Source of the DNA: Candidatus Saccharimonadota bacterium
GTDB lineage: Bacteria; Patescibacteriota; Patescibacteriia; 2-12-FULL-60-25
Direction: 5' to 3'
Length of the DNA stretch: 32,000 nucleotides
Assembly: GCA_023898425.1 (NCBI GenBank)
Contig: CP060222.1
Location: 870,001-902,000 of the forward strand
Below the pieces are notes generated by a model. It saw only the letters and a list, made by a program, of their open reading frames with translations. It was not told the origin of the DNA and did no database searches. Of the stretch, positions 1 to 9,089 are shown one piece after another. How positions within the stretch are numbered: the first letter of the stretch is position 1; every line of letters starts with the position of its first letter. The position numbers and the translations under genes were made by a program.

Positions 1-19
1 CGCACAATCGATGATGTGC

Positions 20-307
20 TTATGCAGTCCAAGAGCAAAGTACGGACTTTCGGAGTCGTGCAAAGACGAATCCTTCATCACAGACCAATACAATCTGTTG
101 CTCGATACTCTGCTTTTTCAAGCAATCTTCCATAACTGCATCGAATTTCACTGGATCATCTTGTAAAATCCTTCTGAGAACGGCCTTTACTTTCTTGAGA
201 TCTTTTTCCAGGCTTTGTTGCTTGGATATGTGACCCTGCATGGTACCCAGGCTCACTTCAGATATGTCCACGGTTCCTCCAACCTGCCAAAGGCGAAATC
301 GTCTCAC
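20..307 (-). CDS. hypothetical small protein (95-aa ORF), possibly part of a longer frameshifted gene that runs off the left edge
   Basis: ORF track only; no motif recognised. A second minus-strand frame stays open from about 60 to position 1 (..HDSESPYFALGLHKHIIDCA), so the stop at 20-22 may follow a frameshift. Confidence 0.3.
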   Translation of the reverse strand: MRRFRLWQVGGTVDISEVSLGTMQGHISKQQSLEKDLKKVKAVLRRILQDDPVKFDAVMEDCLKKQSIEQQIVLVCDEGFVFARLRKSVLCSWTA

Positions 308-348
308 AAGCCGTGAGAGGGCCGACTATCTCATAATATGATACATGC

Positions 349-617
349 GTCAAGCAGCACTCTTTTGGCTCAAGACGTAAAGATCAATTTTTTCAATGAG
401 CTGATCTCTCTTTTCGAGAGTGCTTAACTTTACGCTATACAGAGCCTTTTTTAGGTCTGTTAGCGCCTCTAAAATCTCTTTTTGCGATGGATCGTTAGAC
501 ACTCTTTTCACAAGCGCTTCATATTCATCGTTAAGATCATATTTCTTGAGAAGATCTATGATCCCTTTATGCTACGAACATTTTTAACGCTTGTGCTGTT
601 GAAGTCTCTTTGTTCAC
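349..617 (-). pseudogene. possible small helical protein split by one frameshift
   Basis: GTG at 617 opens VNKETSTAQALKMFVA, then TAA. The +1 frame continues without a stop (KGIIDLLKKYDLNDEYEALVKRVSNDPSQKEILEALTDLKKALYSVKLSTLEKRDQLIEKIDLYVLSQKSAA) to TGA at 349-351. It is absent from the ORF track because the long piece has no start codon. Confidence 0.25.
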
Positions 618-914
618 GTTAAACCCTTGTGACAACGCGGTCCACAATTGGATGCGTACTGGGCATACTATTGAAATTGTATTATTTGTCAAGTAAGCAC
701 ACCTCATTATTTTGCTAATATTAGCGTAATATTTGTCTTATCCACTTGACGGGACCTGTTGTTTCTGTGATAGCTTGTCCTCGTTGAACGCTTTTCGTCT
801 CTCATTGAACTCACTCAATGGGGGACGAAAGTCGTGACAACCTCGAACAAGTAAATAGAACAATAAGCTCTTTTCTTTTTTGCTGGCTGACCGATTCTGA
901 ATATTTACCATTTT

Positions 915-2903
915 ATGGAACCAAACAATACATCGGGTTCAAGCGCTGCGGCGCCGTCAAACCCAACCCCACGTCCGCAAACGCCACGTGGTCCACGCCC
1001 TCCTTTTAAACCAAGGACTGGCGCAAATTATAATACCCGCGATAGCCTTAAATCAGGCTTCGCAAAAGAAGAAGGCTATAAAGGTCGCGGCACAAGCGAT
1101 AAAAACGAAGTCAAACGCGCTAACCGCCGTCGCGGACCTTTGAGCATGATTCAACCGCTACCACGCATGGGTGCGTATAAGCACAATCCTCAACGTAAAA
1201 CCGGTAGTGATACTGACGCGCTTCATGCTGAGGGTACTCGCTTAAAAGTCACCGTTGTTGGTGGTAACGAAGAGATTGGTCGTAACTGTACGCTTCTTGA
1301 GTATGGTGATGACATTATTATTATCGATCTTGGTCTTCAGTTTCCTGATGACGACATGCCTGGTGTTGATTACATCATTCCAAATCTTTCTTCGCTAAAA
1401 GGCAGAGAGAAGAATGTTCGTGGTGTTATTATCACCCATGGTCACTATGATCATATCGGTGGTGTGCCACACATTGTCCCAATGCTCGGTAACCCACCGG
1501 TTTTTGCAACCGATCTTACGTGCGGCATTATCGCAAAACGACAAGAAGATCATAAAGATAAGCCTCGCTTAAATCTTTTTTCTGTCACCTCTGATGACGT
1601 GCTTCAACTTGGAGCTTTTAAAGTCGAGTTTTTTGGTGTTGCGCACTCCGTACCATCATCCCTCGGTGTTATCGTAAATACCCCAGCTGGTATCATCGTC
1701 CACACGGGTGACTTTAAACTCGAAGAAGGTCCTGGTGCACAGTCCAAGCAAGACACAGAAAAAATTAAAGCTCTTGGTGATCGCAATGTTCTTGCGCTCA
1801 TGTGTGACTCGACCAATGCTTCTAAGCCAGGTCGTCAAATGCCCGAGATCGAGATTCAAAACAATATCGACGAGATTATTAAAAACGCGAAAGGCCGTAT
1901 TATTATCGGTACCTTTGCCTCAATGATTGCTCGTGTTCAACAGATTATTAAAGCCTGTGAACGTAGTGGCCGTAAAGTCGCTATCGAAGGCTTCTCCATG
2001 AAGTCCAATGTCATGATTGCCCAACAACTTGGCTATATGGACATCGGTAAGAGCACGCTTATTGATGCTCGTGATATCGATAAATATCCTCGCGAAAAAA
2101 CAGCGGTTGTCTGTACAGGTGCACAAGGCGAAGAACGCGCAGCGCTTATGCGTATCGCAAACCACGAGCACCAAAACATTAATCTTGTTGCAGGTGATAC
2201 GGTGGTTTTTTCTTCGTCGATCATTCCTGGCAACGAACGCTCCGTACAACGTGTGAAAGATACTCTTTGCCGCGAAGGCGCTGAGGTTGTTCACTATAAG
2301 ATGATGGACGTTCACGCTGGTGGCCATGCTCAACAAGATGATCTTGTAGAAATGCATGCGATGATTAAACCAAAGTACTTGATCCCTATCGAAGGGCATT
2401 ACTCATTCTTGGTTGATCATGCAAAAGTCGCTATCGCAAATGGCTTTAACCCAAATAATATCTTTATCGCTGACAATGGTCAGGTGATGGAATTTGATCA
2501 TAAAGGCAACGGAATGCTTACCAATAAAAAAATCGATACCAACTACATCTTTGTTGATGGTCTCGGTGTTGGTAATACAAATCAAATTGTCTTGCGTGAT
2601 CGTCAGCATCTTGCTGGTGATGGTGTCGTGATCTTGGTAGCTGTTATTGATGGCCGTACCGGCAATCTCGAAGCGATGCCAGATATCATCTCTCGTGGCT
2701 TTACCTACATGAAAGAACAACAAGAACTTGTTGCTCAGAGCCGTGCAAAAGCTGCGGCGATTGTAAAAACAACATCTGAAAAAAGCACCGGTCCACTCGA
2801 CATGACCTATCTCAAAGATAAGCTTCGTGACGAAATGGGTGAATTCCTCTACGTAAAAACCCAATTACGTCCGATGGTGATCCCCGTGCTCATCGAGGTA
2901 TAA
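915..2903 (+). CDS. rnj: ribonuclease J (metallo-beta-lactamase / beta-CASP family) with a long disordered N-terminal extension
   Basis: 662-aa ORF. HxHxDH motif (ITHGHYDHIGG) followed by a beta-CASP and RNase J-type C-terminal region. The first ~110 aa are Pro/Arg/Gly/Asn-rich low complexity. A hairpin terminator follows the stop directly. Confidence 0.9.
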   Translation: MEPNNTSGSSAAAPSNPTPRPQTPRGPRPPFKPRTGANYNTRDSLKSGFAKEEGYKGRGTSDKNEVKRANRRRGPLSMIQPLPRMGAYKHNPQRKTGSDTDALHAEGTRLKVTVVGGNEEIGRNCTLLEYGDDIIIIDLGLQFPDDDMPGVDYIIPNLSSLKGREKNVRGVIITHGHYDHIGGVPHIVPMLGNPPVFATDLTCGIIAKRQEDHKDKPRLNLFSVTSDDVLQLGAFKVEFFGVAHSVPSSLGVIVNTPAGIIVHTGDFKLEEGPGAQSKQDTEKIKALGDRNVLALMCDSTNASKPGRQMPEIEIQNNIDEIIKNAKGRIIIGTFASMIARVQQIIKACERSGRKVAIEGFSMKSNVMIAQQLGYMDIGKSTLIDARDIDKYPREKTAVVCTGAQGEERAALMRIANHEHQNINLVAGDTVVFSSSIIPGNERSVQRVKDTLCREGAEVVHYKMMDVHAGGHAQQDDLVEMHAMIKPKYLIPIEGHYSFLVDHAKVAIANGFNPNNIFIADNGQVMEFDHKGNGMLTNKKIDTNYIFVDGLGVGNTNQIVLRDRQHLAGDGVVILVAVIDGRTGNLEAMPDIISRGFTYMKEQQELVAQSRAKAAAIVKTTSEKSTGPLDMTYLKDKLRDEMGEFLYVKTQLRPMVIPVLIEV

Positions 2904-2929
2904 AAAGATCCCCTTCGGGGGATTTTTTA
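2904..2929 (+). terminator. rho-independent terminator after rnj
   Basis: aaaaaGATCCCCttcgGGGGATtttttt: GC-rich stem, tetraloop and a T6 run. Confidence 0.8.
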
Positions 2930-2958
2930 TTTACTTTTTATCATTGGTGAGCTAATCT
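2930..2958 (+). promoter_or_regulatory. putative trpS promoter giving a leaderless mRNA
   Basis: TTTACT (2930-2935), 17-nt spacer, TAATCT (2953-2958), then 6 nt to ATG 2965. No Shine-Dalgarno before trpS. Confidence 0.35.
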
Positions 2959-2964
2959 CGCCAC

Positions 2965-3975
2965 ATGAAAGAGATGCTATTTTCGGGAGTAAAACCGACT
3001 TCTATCCCAACCTTGGGTAATTATATTGGTGCGTTTAAGCAATGGATGACCTTGCAGCATCAATACCCGTCTATCTTTTGTATTGTGGATTCTCATGCGA
3101 TTACCGTACCGCAAGATCCTAAAACACTACGTAAGCTCACTTTAGACGTTGCTGCGGCTTATATTGCTGTTGGTCTTGATCCTGAAAAAACGATTATCTT
3201 TATCCAGAGCGAAGTCGCTGAACATGCAGAGCTCGCTTGGATCCTTGGTTGTTCTACGCGTATGGGTGAGCTTTCACGCATGACTCAATTTAAAGACAAA
3301 TCTCAAAAAGAAGGCGCCGAAGGTGCTGGCGTAGGTCTATTTACCTATCCGGTTTTAATGGCGGCAGATATTTTGCTCTATGACACAACGGTTGTTCCTG
3401 TTGGTGAAGATCAGGTACAGCATGTAGAGCTCACCCGTGATATCGCTCAACGCTTTAACTCAACCTACGAAGAAGACGAGTTCTATGAGCAAACCTTCAT
3501 TTTGCCAAAAGCGCTTGTTCAAGAACAAGGTGCGCGCATCATGAGCTTGCAAGATCCTTTAAAGAAAATGAGCAAGAGCGATGAATCAAAAATTGGTACT
3601 ATTCTTCTTGATGATGACGCTGAAACGATCACCAAAAAAATCATGAAGGCCGTAACCGATAATGACGGCATCGTAAAATACGACCCAGAAACAAAACCAG
3701 CCATCGCCAATCTCATGACGATCTATCACCACATGACGGATAAATCTATGGCCGAGATCGAGCAAGAATTTGCCGGAAAGGGCTATGGAGATTTTAAGAA
3801 AGCTGTCGCTGAGAGCGTTGTTACCGTGCTTGCACCCATTACAAAACGCATTAATGAACTACGCGAAAATCCTGCTGAGTTAAATGCTATTCTTGATGAG
3901 GGTGCTAACAAGGCTCGCATGATTGCAAAAGCGAAACTTGAACGCGTAAAAAAGAAAGTTGGATTAGGGCGATAA
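2965..3975 (+). CDS. trpS: tryptophan--tRNA ligase
   Basis: 336-aa ORF. Class I aaRS signatures TLGNYIG (the TrpRS form of HIGH) and KMSKS. Size and layout are typical of bacterial TrpRS. Confidence 0.95.
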   Translation: MKEMLFSGVKPTSIPTLGNYIGAFKQWMTLQHQYPSIFCIVDSHAITVPQDPKTLRKLTLDVAAAYIAVGLDPEKTIIFIQSEVAEHAELAWILGCSTRMGELSRMTQFKDKSQKEGAEGAGVGLFTYPVLMAADILLYDTTVVPVGEDQVQHVELTRDIAQRFNSTYEEDEFYEQTFILPKALVQEQGARIMSLQDPLKKMSKSDESKIGTILLDDDAETITKKIMKAVTDNDGIVKYDPETKPAIANLMTIYHHMTDKSMAEIEQEFAGKGYGDFKKAVAESVVTVLAPITKRINELRENPAELNAILDEGANKARMIAKAKLERVKKKVGLGR

Positions 3976-3980
3976 AAAAC

Positions 3981-4012
3981 AAATACCCCGTACCAGGTTG
4001 GTACGGGGTTTG
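3981..4012. terminator. bidirectional terminator between convergent trpS and the helicase gene
   Basis: aaaTACCCCGTACCaggttGGTACGGGGTttgtttt: 9-10 bp stem flanked by A-rich and T-rich tracts. Confidence 0.8.
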
Positions 4013-4014
4013 TT

Positions 4015-5748
4015 TTAGGCTGCCTTCGTGGCAAACAGAATGAACAATTTTACTTTGCCGTCGTACTCGGGACACAGGTTCCAAGGAACTCCGACAATAC
4101 GAGAATGATGAGCGATGATGCTCGATTTTTGCAAGATACGCTTTTCACCTTTTGATGAATAATAGATGCGCTTCTTATCTGTACGGCTGAACGTATTTAG
4201 TAACCCCGCTCTGATCGAGGCAATAATCGCTTCTCTGCCGCCATACGGGGCATCAAGACTGACCTTTGTCGAAAGATTGCACATAAGACTCTTGTAGACG
4301 CCTTCGGCACGCTCTACCGCCTTTGACCTAAGAGCATAACGCTCACGCAGATATAACGGCATAGAGCGTATGGCCATAAAGACCTTAGATTGAGCGATAA
4401 GATCTGAATCTTGCTCGTCACTGCAGAGCTCGCGCCATTCGCCAAAACCTCTGCGTCCGTCGCCTTCGGTAATACCTCCCGCTTCAAAGACTGAGATAAT
4501 GGGGATGATTTCGTCCACGACACCGAGACGCTCAGCTTCGAGCAGCATACAGCCCGCTTCGACCGAAATTGGGAGCAGAGCGATGCGTCCGCCTTTTTTC
4601 GTTACCTTGCCTGATGGGCTTAGGCATCCGAGCGCCTGTAGCGTTCTTTCGGCGTCCCTTACCAAATACTCAGGAGGCTGGTGAAAAAAGATGATGTCAT
4701 ACATACGGTGACCAACCATAGCAAGCTTCAACGCGATTTGCTCGAGCTTGGTGCACATGATTGCAGGGATAGGATACTCGTGTCGATCGCCTTCAGGAGC
4801 ATGATCGATGTAGTAGCCAAGCTTGGTACGCCCGGCTCGTCCTCGACGCTGCTCGGCATCTGCAAGCGAAATTACCGCTTCATAGAGGCCGGTGACACCA
4901 CCTTCGACGTAAGCTCGGTTCTCCAGACCCGAATCAATAACCGCATCGATATCGTCGATCGTAATCGACGTTTGCGCGACTGAAGTAGCAATGATGCACT
5001 TAGGTCGATCATAGTGCTTGAAGCAGCGCTGTTGTTTACGTGCGTCAAGCTCGGCATGCAGGGGTAGAATAACGGCATCTATGCGGTGCTCGCTATTAAG
5101 CTCCTCCATCAACTGTTGGATTTCGCGCTTTCCAGGTACAAAGACCAAAACGTTTTTACCTTGTTTGAGCAAAGCATTAGCGTCATGAGCGATAGAAGCG
5201 CCTTTTTTGATCTTCTTCACCAAGTGATTACGCCCCGTCACCGTCACAACAGGTGCATCATCAAAGTATTCTGAGAGCCGCGCAGCATCGAGCGTCGCGC
5301 TCATGATAACGATCTTGATCTGATGACCTTCGATGATAGCTCGATGCGCCAGAGCGATCAGCGCTTCAATATGAGTGTTCCATTCATGCACTTCGTCGAT
5401 GACGAGTACATCAAAATGAGAATTGTGCCCCATGAGTTCGCGCATCACAACGAGTCCGTCGGTAGCGAACAAAAGACGCGTTTTTGCGCTAGAAAGTTTG
5501 TCATCACGCGTGCGCACGCCAATTGTTTCACCCAGTGACTCGCCGTATTCAGCAGCCACGAATTCAGCGACTGAAAAGGCTGCTAAGCGACGTGGCTGAG
5601 CCACTACGACCCGAAAGCCATAATCGAGCAGATACCGCGGCACCTGAGTCGACTTACCACTCCCCGTTTCAGCGACAATGATCGTTACTGAATTGTCGAG
5701 GATGGTCTGCATGATTCGATCACGTTGTTTTGTAATGGGAAGGTACAC
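4015..5748 (-). CDS. DEAH-box (HrpA/HrpB-like) ATP-dependent helicase, short form
   Basis: 577-aa ORF with a GTG start 6 nt after GGAGGTG. Walker A AETGSGKST, DEVH box (VIDEVHE), MSAT and QRRGRAGR. It is much shorter than canonical HrpA/HrpB. Confidence 0.85.
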   Translation of the reverse strand: MYLPITKQRDRIMQTILDNSVTIIVAETGSGKSTQVPRYLLDYGFRVVVAQPRRLAAFSVAEFVAAEYGESLGETIGVRTRDDKLSSAKTRLLFATDGLVVMRELMGHNSHFDVLVIDEVHEWNTHIEALIALAHRAIIEGHQIKIVIMSATLDAARLSEYFDDAPVVTVTGRNHLVKKIKKGASIAHDANALLKQGKNVLVFVPGKREIQQLMEELNSEHRIDAVILPLHAELDARKQQRCFKHYDRPKCIIATSVAQTSITIDDIDAVIDSGLENRAYVEGGVTGLYEAVISLADAEQRRGRAGRTKLGYYIDHAPEGDRHEYPIPAIMCTKLEQIALKLAMVGHRMYDIIFFHQPPEYLVRDAERTLQALGCLSPSGKVTKKGGRIALLPISVEAGCMLLEAERLGVVDEIIPIISVFEAGGITEGDGRRGFGEWRELCSDEQDSDLIAQSKVFMAIRSMPLYLRERYALRSKAVERAEGVYKSLMCNLSTKVSLDAPYGGREAIIASIRAGLLNTFSRTDKKRIYYSSKGEKRILQKSSIIAHHSRIVGVPWNLCPEYDGKVKLFILFATKAA

Positions 5749-5818
5749 AGCTCACCTCCTATGGTTCAAGATTGAACAGAGCTACCTCAACGTTTTTGGG
5801 GGATTTTGTCAATATATT

Positions 5819-7846
5819 CTACTTCGTCTTTCTCACAAATGTACCGTCCCAACCCTCTCCCGGAGGATTCGCTTCATATTCGCTACAGCGCTCGAAAAAG
5901 AGCTTAGCTGGCAAATCGGACGGATAAAGCTCTAAGTACTCGTTAAAGAGCCTCTTAGCCTCTGAGAATTGGCTTTGGTAGTACATTGTCAATGCATCTG
6001 AGTAACGAACAACGCGTTCTTTTTCAAGGTCGGTTGCTTGATCCATCTTTTCTACGATTTCATGAATTTTTACCGGTTCGGTTTTGCCCTTCACAGCAAC
6101 CTGGTCTAATTCGCGTTGGAGATATTCGCCCTGTAATTCATCTAAGGTATTCTTTGTGACGATGATTTCTGATCCATAATCTTTACATAAGCTTTCGGTA
6201 CGTGAAGCAAGATTTACGCTGTCTCCGATGACGGTATAATCATGACGTAGTGACGAGCCGATATTGCCAACCACCATCTCTCCGGTATTCATCCCAATAC
6301 CAACACGTAATTGAACGCCATTTGGAAAAAGTTTTTGTTCGTTCATTTCATGCAAACGCTTTTTCATCGCTAAAGCACATCGAACAGCTCGAAGCGCATG
6401 ATCGGTTTGATCCATTGGTGCATTCCAAAAAGCCATGACCGCGTCACCAATATATTTATCAAGTACTCCCCCTTCGGCAAAAACAATTTTCGTCATCTCA
6501 TCGAGATACATATTTAATACTTCGACGAGTTGCTCTGGACTGAGCCCTTCAGAAAGCGTGGTAAATCCGCGTAGATCAGAAAATAATACGGTCATGCGTC
6601 GACGCTCTCCCCCAAGACGGATTTTTGATGGGTCCTTCATTAACGATTCAACGACACTTGGCGATACATATCGTCCAAAAATTTGTTTGATTTCGGTTTT
6701 GTCTTGCTCGGATGCAACGAAACGATAGACAGATGCGCCCATATAAGCGGCGATCACAGCAACGACCGGCCAAAAGAGGCCAAGTAAAATTCCTTTATCG
6801 AATAATAAAAATCCCGCGGTAATATACCCGAAAATAATGACAATAAGTGCGATCACGCTATAACGAGGGCGTAATAAAAAGGCAGAAAAACCAATAAGAA
6901 GAATGCCCATCAATAAACTTAACGCATTTGCGATAAATGACGCATCTTTCAGCCAAAGTCTCGTAAGTAATGTATCTGCAATAGAAGCATGAATCTCTAC
7001 ACCGCTCATAGGAATACCTCCTGATGTTGGGACGAGTTGTTCATCATGCAAATCTCTCGCTGTTGCGCCGACAAAAACAATCTTGTCTTTTACAACACTT
7101 AAGTCTGCTGAGCCCTGAAGAATATCGGCAGCTGATAGTCTCGGTAATACACCGGGTTGTCCTGGGTAATTGATAATGAACCGTTTTGAACGATCTGTTG
7201 GGATCTCATTTAGCGCCGGTACAAGCCGTGCAATACGTAAGGCTTCTGCAGCAAAGCCATAGATTTGTGAGCCGTCTTTTTCATTTACGGATACGGGTAA
7301 ACGACGTGCGACATTATCAGAGTCCAAAGGGAGATTTGTAAAACCTGATGCTGATGCTACACCGAGTATACTTGAGATCGGTTTAACAGATTGCCCTTCT
7401 TGGACATACTGACCATCTTGAATAACAACGTTTGATAATTCTATAGGCAAAACAACATTGCCCGCTTGTTGAATCGCACGAGCAAGTTCTGCATCACTTT
7501 CTGGGGTTGAGTTCTCAGGAAAATTAATATCCAAAGCAATGACTCTTGCTCCTGCATTTGAAAGTCTACGAACAAGTTCGGCATGAACGGATCTATCCCA
7601 AGGCCAACGACCAATACGAGATAAGGAGGCGTCATCAATAGCAACAACGAGTAGACGACTATCTGGTTCTCGGTGAAGAAAAATAGCGTCTGTTAATCTT
7701 GAGGATGCTGTGTGGAAAAGTCCAAGCGCATCAACAGAAATCACACAGAGCGCACAGACAATAAGCATGCCGGCAAGCGACAATAAACGTTGTTTCATGC
7801 TCCTATGGTCAGGCGTAGAACGTTTTTTGTCAAAAGCGCACCTCAA
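5819..7846 (-). CDS. CHASE2 sensor-domain adenylate/guanylate cyclase (class III) with a TPR-like tail
   Basis: 675-aa ORF. N-terminal TM, then a CHASE2-like segment (VVAIDDASLSRIGRWPWDRSVHAELV), three TM helices, and a cyclase domain (VLFSDLRGFTTLSE, YIGDAVMAFWNAP, GDSVNLASRTES). The TTG start at 7846 overlaps the upstream gene. ATG at 7798 (MKQRLLSLAG) is an alternative start. Confidence 0.85.
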   Translation of the reverse strand: MRCAFDKKRSTPDHRSMKQRLLSLAGMLIVCALCVISVDALGLFHTASSRLTDAIFLHREPDSRLLVVAIDDASLSRIGRWPWDRSVHAELVRRLSNAGARVIALDINFPENSTPESDAELARAIQQAGNVVLPIELSNVVIQDGQYVQEGQSVKPISSILGVASASGFTNLPLDSDNVARRLPVSVNEKDGSQIYGFAAEALRIARLVPALNEIPTDRSKRFIINYPGQPGVLPRLSAADILQGSADLSVVKDKIVFVGATARDLHDEQLVPTSGGIPMSGVEIHASIADTLLTRLWLKDASFIANALSLLMGILLIGFSAFLLRPRYSVIALIVIIFGYITAGFLLFDKGILLGLFWPVVAVIAAYMGASVYRFVASEQDKTEIKQIFGRYVSPSVVESLMKDPSKIRLGGERRRMTVLFSDLRGFTTLSEGLSPEQLVEVLNMYLDEMTKIVFAEGGVLDKYIGDAVMAFWNAPMDQTDHALRAVRCALAMKKRLHEMNEQKLFPNGVQLRVGIGMNTGEMVVGNIGSSLRHDYTVIGDSVNLASRTESLCKDYGSEIIVTKNTLDELQGEYLQRELDQVAVKGKTEPVKIHEIVEKMDQATDLEKERVVRYSDALTMYYQSQFSEAKRLFNEYLELYPSDLPAKLFFERCSEYEANPPGEGWDGTFVRKTK

Positions 7847-9044
7847 CAGTAACCGAACCTGTATATGTCTGATTTTCTAGCTGACATTTTGCAGTGATAA
7901 CAGCCGAACCAGCATTTGCTAAAGCACTGAAGAATTGTTTGTCGATTTGGCCAAATCCTTCTGGCGCAGAACTAAAACGACATTGCGTTGTAATATCACT
8001 GCGTTCACCATCGTCACGAATAGCGTACGCTCGCAGTGAAATTGTTTGACCAAATGATAAGCCTGTAGAACTTGGAATAACGCTGATACGCGTAATGGTG
8101 GTTGTTGTTGATGTTGGCGCTGTTGGCGCAGTCGATGTCACCACGGTAGGTAGCGTAGACGTGGTGGATGACACGGTAAGAGTACCGTCTACAGTAGACG
8201 TGGTCATCGAAACGCCTACGATTGAGTTATCCTCTATATCACGGCTAGCCAAGGTTATAATCTCTTGCAAAGTTAGCGTTTGAGATCGTAGTTTTGACCA
8301 AATCTCACCAAAAACACTCGCTTGACTCTCCGTCCAACGTGGACGTAATTGATCCATATCATTTGCAACATTATTGAGCCCCTGAAGACTTACGGATGCC
8401 GCGAGTGCCGCTTCTTCGTAACGTTTTTGTTCTAGTGCTTGTCTTGATTCATTCATTCGTGAATGAAGTGATAATAAGCGCAGCGCTAAGCTTTCAGTCT
8501 CATCACGTGACAGAGTAAGGCGCCAATCTTCAAGTTGTTGTTTAATGCGATACGATCCATGACGGTCATCAATATCCGCAAAAATCCAATATCCAAGATA
8601 CAGTCCTTTGCGAAGTGTATCTTTATATCGAGCGTCTTTTTCTATGCGCTCCTTCCAGCGGTATTCTTCATCGAGAAATGCTTTTGAGGCTGTGCCAGAT
8701 TTATTATCATCCGCCAATTGACGCATCTCTAATAAGCGAGTGACGATGCGCTGCAACTCTACCGTCTCATTATTTTTATTTAGACGTTGATGCAACCATC
8801 GTGACGGTGCTCGTAACCATGCAATAAAAGATGCTTCACCTTTTGTCCAAGTTATTAACGCTGCTCGCACTTCGCTTGACTGCTGCGTTTGGTTTGTTGG
8901 GTCTATCCAAGCAGTGAGCGCATCCCCATGATCAATTTCTGTATAACTTTGCAACTCTTGAGGGAGCGGCTCAATGGTACCAATACGCCAAAAACCCCAT
9001 CCTAATAACAGGGCGACAATCATACCCACCAACCAACGCTTCAT
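7830..9044 (-). CDS. membrane-anchored hypothetical protein with a Thr/Ser-rich linker and a C-terminal Ig-like (Big_2-like) domain
   Basis: 404-aa ORF. N-terminal TM (MKRWLVGMIVALLLGWGFW), a helical middle region, a linker TTSTVDGTLTVSSTTSTLPTVVTSTAPTAPTSTTTTI, then a beta-rich tail resembling bacterial Ig-like domains. It directly precedes or overlaps the cyclase gene on the same strand. Confidence 0.6.
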   Translation of the reverse strand: MKRWLVGMIVALLLGWGFWRIGTIEPLPQELQSYTEIDHGDALTAWIDPTNQTQQSSEVRAALITWTKGEASFIAWLRAPSRWLHQRLNKNNETVELQRIVTRLLEMRQLADDNKSGTASKAFLDEEYRWKERIEKDARYKDTLRKGLYLGYWIFADIDDRHGSYRIKQQLEDWRLTLSRDETESLALRLLSLHSRMNESRQALEQKRYEEAALAASVSLQGLNNVANDMDQLRPRWTESQASVFGEIWSKLRSQTLTLQEIITLASRDIEDNSIVGVSMTTSTVDGTLTVSSTTSTLPTVVTSTAPTAPTSTTTTITRISVIPSSTGLSFGQTISLRAYAIRDDGERSDITTQCRFSSAPEGFGQIDKQFFSALANAGSAVITAKCQLENQTYTGSVTVEVRF

Positions 9045-9089
9045 AAAGCAGTTATACTAAAGAAAAGGAAAAACAGCTATACTCTAAGC

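Noticed and set aside
738-746. DnaA-box-like TTATCCACT upstream of rnj, considered as a possible replication origin
   Set aside because: It is a single 8/9 match with no cluster of boxes, no AT-rich unwinding element and no dnaA/dnaN nearby.
818-1009. 63-aa ORF overlapping the rnj start in another frame
   Set aside because: It overlaps the rnj 5' region and promoter and has no supporting signal. A putative leaderless promoter points to ATG 915.
1920-2864. Minus-strand ORFs of 159 aa and 153 aa (1920-2399 and 2403-2864), plus smaller ones, inside rnj
   Set aside because: They are entirely antisense to a strongly supported RNase J coding frame. Their composition is low-complexity and Cys/Phe/His-rich, typical of shadow frames. 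They have no start context.
2904-2964. Possible T-box or other leader regulating trpS
   Set aside because: Only 61 nt separate rnj and trpS, and most of that is the rnj terminator. That is far too short for a T-box riboswitch.
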